Below are positions 37,871 through 42,307 of a stretch of DNA of 42,307 bases, one piece after another; the first letter of the stretch is position 1; every line of letters starts with the position of its first letter. Made by a program: the position numbers and the translations under genes. The DNA comes from an uncultured Collinsella sp. (GTDB lineage Bacteria > Actinomycetota > Coriobacteriia > Coriobacteriales > Coriobacteriaceae). The stretch lies in the NCBI GenBank assembly GCA_905198825.1, contig CAJKEF010000001.1, positions 1 through 42,307 on the forward strand. Direction: 5' to 3'. The notes under the pieces are model-generated. The model had not been told where the DNA came from, did not search any database, and saw only the letters and a program-made list of their open reading frames with translations.

Positions 37871-38737
37871 ATGCTGACGATTGGGTGCCATCTTTCGACG
37901 ACGAAGGGCTATCGGGCGATGGGGGAGACGGCGTTATCCATTGGCGCCAATACCTTTGCATTCTTTACGCGCAACCCGCGCGGCGGCAAGGCGAAAGACC
38001 TTGACATGGATGACGTGGCCGCCCTGCGTGACCTTATGGCGCAAAATGATTTTGGCCCGCTTGTGGCTCATGCCCCGTATACCTATAACCCCTGCTCAGC
38101 CAAAGAGCGGGCGCGCGAGTTTGCCCTGGAGGCCATGGCGGAGGACCTGCGGCGCATGGAAGCGCTGCCCGGTAACTACTACAACTTCCACCCCGGCGCG
38201 CATGTGGGGCAGGGCTCCGACGCCGGCATTCAGATGATCGTCGACACCCTGTGCCAGATGATGTTTGAGGGCCAGCAGACGACGGTACTGCTCGAGACCA
38301 TGGCGGGAAAGGGTACCGAGGTGGGCCGTAGCTTTGAAGAGCTGGCGCGCATTATCGAGGGTGTTGCTGCCAGACGTCCAGAGCTATCGGACAAGCTGGG
38401 CGTTTGCTTGGACACCTGCCATGTGAATGACGCCGGCTACGACATCATCCATGATCTGGACGGCGTACTCGACGAGTTTGACCGCGTGGTGGGTATCGAC
38501 CGCTTGCATGCTGTACACATCAACGATTCGAAGAACCCCTGCGGCGCCCATAAGGACCGCCACGAATGCATCGGTAAGGGCTACCTGGGTAGCGAAGAGT
38601 TTGGCGGCGGTATGCAGGTTATGCAGGATATTGTATCGAATGGCCGCTTGCGCGCATTGCCATTCATTTTGGAGACACCGAACGAACTTGCAGGTTATGC
38701 GGCTGAAATCAAACTGTTAAGGTCGTTGCAGCAGTAA
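37871..38737 (+). CDS. nfo: Endonuclease IV
   Basis: [42 protein letters not shown]. Confidence 0.96.
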   Translation: MLTIGCHLSTTKGYRAMGETALSIGANTFAFFTRNPRGGKAKDLDMDDVAALRDLMAQNDFGPLVAHAPYTYNPCSAKERAREFALEAMAEDLRRMEALPGNYYNFHPGAHVGQGSDAGIQMIVDTLCQMMFEGQQTTVLLETMAGKGTEVGRSFEELARIIEGVAARRPELSDKLGVCLDTCHVNDAGYDIIHDLDGVLDEFDRVVGIDRLHAVHINDSKNPCGAHKDRHECIGKGYLGSEEFGGGMQVMQDIVSNGRLRALPFILETPNELAGYAAEIKLLRSLQQ

Positions 38738-38884
38738 TGGCTGCCATAAAGTGGAGCACTTCATTCACGTTATGGGTTTGTTTCAATCAGTTTTCTAATT
38801 GCAGATTCTTCCAAGCGGGTGCATAATAACCCTCAGTTTTTGCAGACCTCTGAATCAAACGGGGTCACCGGAAGGAGACTGATT

Positions 38885-39745
38885 ATGAAGCTCAAGAAGC
38901 TTGGCGCATTTGCCGCCACGGGTGCTATGGCGCTCGCCCTCGCTCTGACGGGCTGCGGCTCGTCCAACGCCACCTCTGGTTCTAATGCCGGTTCCAGCAG
39001 CTCTGACGACGCTAAGGTCGAGAAGGTCGACGGCTCCAAGGAGTACGCGCTCGTCAAGGACGGTACGCTGACCGTCGGCACCTCTGCCGAGTACGCTCCG
39101 TTTGAGTACAAGGATGACAACGGCGATTATCAGGGCTTTGACCTTGAGCTTATCAAGGCTATCGGCGACAAGCTGGGCCTGGATGTCGAGTACGTCAACA
39201 ATGACTTTGACACGCTGGTTCCGGGCGTCGCTTCGGGCGCCAAGTATGACGTCTCCATCGCGGCTATCACCGACACGCCCGAGCGTGAGAAGGAAGTCAC
39301 TTTCTCTGATTCCTACTACATGGACGATCAGGCTATCGTGACCAAGGTCGATAACACCGACATCACGGCCGACAACTACAGCGAGAAGCTCAACAACGCC
39401 GACGCTACCATCATCGTCCAGTCTGGCTCGACCGCCGAGTCCTTTGCCCAGGAGAACTTCCCCAAGGCCAAGATTGTCCCCTACAAGGACGCTACCGAGT
39501 GCTTCAGTGCCCTGCAGTCCGATAAGGGTGATGCCGTGGTGACCAACCGCTCCGTTGCCAGCCAGCTGACCGCCGAGCAGTTCAACACCTGCCAGACCAT
39601 CAAGCAGATCAGCACCGGCGAGGAGTACGCTATCGCCATCAACCAAGGCAACACCAAACTTAAGGACGACATCAACCAGGCCATCAAGGACCTGACCGAC
39701 GACGGTACCGTTGACGCCCTCATGGCTAAGTACAACATCAAGTAA
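38885..39745 (+). CDS. Polar amino-acid ABC transporter substrate-binding lipoprotein
   Basis: Lipobox LTGC; LTVGTSAEYAPFE, GFDLEL, ITDTPEREK. Confidence 0.95.
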   Translation: MKLKKLGAFAATGAMALALALTGCGSSNATSGSNAGSSSSDDAKVEKVDGSKEYALVKDGTLTVGTSAEYAPFEYKDDNGDYQGFDLELIKAIGDKLGLDVEYVNNDFDTLVPGVASGAKYDVSIAAITDTPEREKEVTFSDSYYMDDQAIVTKVDNTDITADNYSEKLNNADATIIVQSGSTAESFAQENFPKAKIVPYKDATECFSALQSDKGDAVVTNRSVASQLTAEQFNTCQTIKQISTGEEYAIAINQGNTKLKDDINQAIKDLTDDGTVDALMAKYNIK

Positions 39746-39863
39746 AATAACTACTTGATTGCGCGCGGGCCCTTTCCGTTTTGGCGGAGAGGGCCTTTGC
39801 GCTTCTCTTGACGGAGAGCATTTCCGTCTCGTTTTGCCGGCAACTTCTACGATAGGAGCCACC

Positions 39864-41225
39864 TTGTCTCGACTGAACAAAGGGGCCGCGGAGCAGCGTT
39901 TTTCACTGCCCGCCTTGCTCCAAAAGCTAGCCTGCGTCATGGTCGTGGCGCTCGCGCTGATGTGCGCGGGGGCATATGCGCCCACGACGGCCCAGGCGCT
40001 TGAGACCGCAAAGATTACCGCCCGACCCAACACCGGTTCGGGCAGCGCTGTGGTCGGCGGTACCGAGACGCGCATTACCTGGGAGGTCCAGGCCGATGTC
40101 GACGAGGAGCTGAGCGGTCTTTCGCTGACGTTTGTCGACGGCACGACGTTTGGTACCGATGACACGCGATTGACGATGCTCTCGGGCGAGGACCTCATGG
40201 ATCGTACGCCCATGAAGCCCACGTGCAAGGCTGACGGTCAGACGCTCAAGATCGACTTTGGCGAGACGGCGCCTGCCGGCGGCTTTTTCCGTGTCGAGGT
40301 TTACGGCGTGACGTTCCCCGTCGAGGGCGGCGATGAGGCCTTTAGCGGCACCTACACTTTGGCCGATGGTTCGACCAAGAAGATCTCCAAGATTCCGTCG
40401 GTGGAGATCAAGGGCGTGACGGCGTTCGATAACTTCCTGGCCGATCTTAAGGAACAGCCGTGGGTCGAGGCCTGGAACTCCAATATGTTCCTGCGCCTGT
40501 TCTTGAACCCGGTGATTTTGGTCCAGAGCCTGCCGATCGTCTTTAAGGGCTTCCTTATGTCGCTCTCGATCGTGCTTGTGGCGTTTCCGCTGGCGATCCC
40601 CTTTGGCTTTGCCCTGTCGCTCATGCGTATCTCCAAGTCGCGTATCCTGCGTTGTCTTGCCGGCATCTATGTGAATATCATCCGCGGTACGCCGGCGTTC
40701 CTGCAGATCTATATCGCGTTCTTCGGTCTGCCGCTTGCCGGCGTCAAGGTGGACGACTATGTCTTGGGCGTTATCGTCATGGCCATGAACTCGTCTGCGT
40801 ACTTGTGCGAGATCTTCCGCGCCGGTATTCAATCGATCCCCAAGGGCCAAAACGAGGCTGCTCGCTCTCTGGGCATGAATGCCTTCCAGACGCTGCTCTA
40901 TGTCATGATTCCGCAGACGTTCCGCAATGTCCTGCCTACGTTGACCAGCGAGTTTATCCTGCTTTACAAGGATACGTCGCTGCTCGCCGCCGTGGGCGTG
41001 GTCGAGATCGTCATGAACGCCCGCACCATCGTGGCAACGACGGGCTCCATTACGCCGTATGTGGTTGCCGCCCTGTTCTATCTGGTCATTACCCTGCCGC
41101 TTGCGCGCTTGGTGAGCGGTCTTGAGGCGAGGCTGCTGGGTACGGCCGAAACCAAAAAGAAGCGTCCCACCAAGAGCGCCGGACAGGTTGTCGCGACGCC
41201 CGCCGACCATATCGCTGGTCTGTAA
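39864..41225 (+). CDS. Polar amino-acid ABC permease with an extra N-terminal extracytoplasmic domain
   Basis: YVNIIRGTP, SAYLCEIFRAGI, GQNEAARSLG, KDTSL; TTG start with AGGAG RBS. Confidence 0.9.
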   Translation: MSRLNKGAAEQRFSLPALLQKLACVMVVALALMCAGAYAPTTAQALETAKITARPNTGSGSAVVGGTETRITWEVQADVDEELSGLSLTFVDGTTFGTDDTRLTMLSGEDLMDRTPMKPTCKADGQTLKIDFGETAPAGGFFRVEVYGVTFPVEGGDEAFSGTYTLADGSTKKISKIPSVEIKGVTAFDNFLADLKEQPWVEAWNSNMFLRLFLNPVILVQSLPIVFKGFLMSLSIVLVAFPLAIPFGFALSLMRISKSRILRCLAGIYVNIIRGTPAFLQIYIAFFGLPLAGVKVDDYVLGVIVMAMNSSAYLCEIFRAGIQSIPKGQNEAARSLGMNAFQTLLYVMIPQTFRNVLPTLTSEFILLYKDTSLLAAVGVVEIVMNARTIVATTGSITPYVVAALFYLVITLPLARLVSGLEARLLGTAETKKKRPTKSAGQVVATPADHIAGL

Positions 41226-41237
41226 GGAGGTTCTATT

Positions 41238-41990
<753 letters not shown>

Positions 41991-42015
41991 CCGCTTTATA
42001 TGACTGACATAGCAG

Positions 42016-42051
42016 AAAACGGGAGCCGGATGTGATCCGGCTCCCGTTTTT
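42016..42051. terminator. Bidirectional Rho-independent terminator
   Basis: AAAACGGGAGCCGGAT-GTG-ATCCGGCTCCCGTTTTT between convergent genes. Confidence 0.88.
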
Positions 42052-42107
42052 GTTGGGACGCGAATGTGTTTTGGCGCAGAGCGCGTTACGGGCGGAGCTC
42101 ATTGCCG

Positions 42108-42307
42108 CTAGGCGAGCTCGGCTCCAAGGGCGCGGCAGGCCGCCTCGCCCTCATCGTCGGGGGCGTCGTAACAGATGACGGAGTCGACTACGTTGACGCC
42201 TGCCTCATCGGCGTCCGCCTTCCAATTGTCCATCCATTCGCCTTCGGCCCACGAATAAGAGCCAAAGAGGACGACCTTCTTGTCGCCGAGGGTCTCCTTG
42301 ACTTCGT
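42108..42307 (-). CDS. Flavodoxin, 3' part (runs off the window)
   Basis: Minus-strand translation ...KKVVLFGSYSWAEGEWMDNW...ACRALGAELA*. Confidence 0.85.
   Translation of the reverse strand, partial: EVKETLGDKKVVLFGSYSWAEGEWMDNWKADADEAGVNVVDSVICYDAPDDEGEAACRALGAELA

Overview
High-GC bacterial chromosomal window, most consistent with a gut Coriobacteriia genome (Collinsella-like; inference from gene content and codon style). Left to right it holds groES-groEL with a degenerate CIRCE; an apparently intact IS110-family element (2442-4021, minus strand) inserted in a palindromic intergenic repeat; tRNA-Leu; a PAS/GAF/SpoIIE phosphatase plus a fused STAS-HATPase protein; tRNA-Gly/Cys/Gly; a GH13 glucosidase; tRNA-Gly/Val; an eight-gene acyl-transfer cluster (PPTase, TetR, atypical thiolase, Zn-ribbon/OB-fold protein, ACP, phosphotransacylase, butyrate kinase, MFS); nrdDG; folE-HD-folB; assorted housekeeping genes; a CmbR-like LysR divergent from metY; a frameshifted panE-like gene; nfo; a polar amino-acid ABC transporter; and the 3' end of a flavodoxin gene. 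Three things stand out. (1) In the IS110 element the ends, core dinucleotide, circle-junction promoter and four candidate bridge-RNA guides can be read from the sequence, and its recombinase carries an extra C-terminal XRE-like helix-turn-helix. (2) A family of structured repeats appears to be the target of this IS. (3) The ACP-linked thiolase/acyl-phosphate cluster has no function I can assign.
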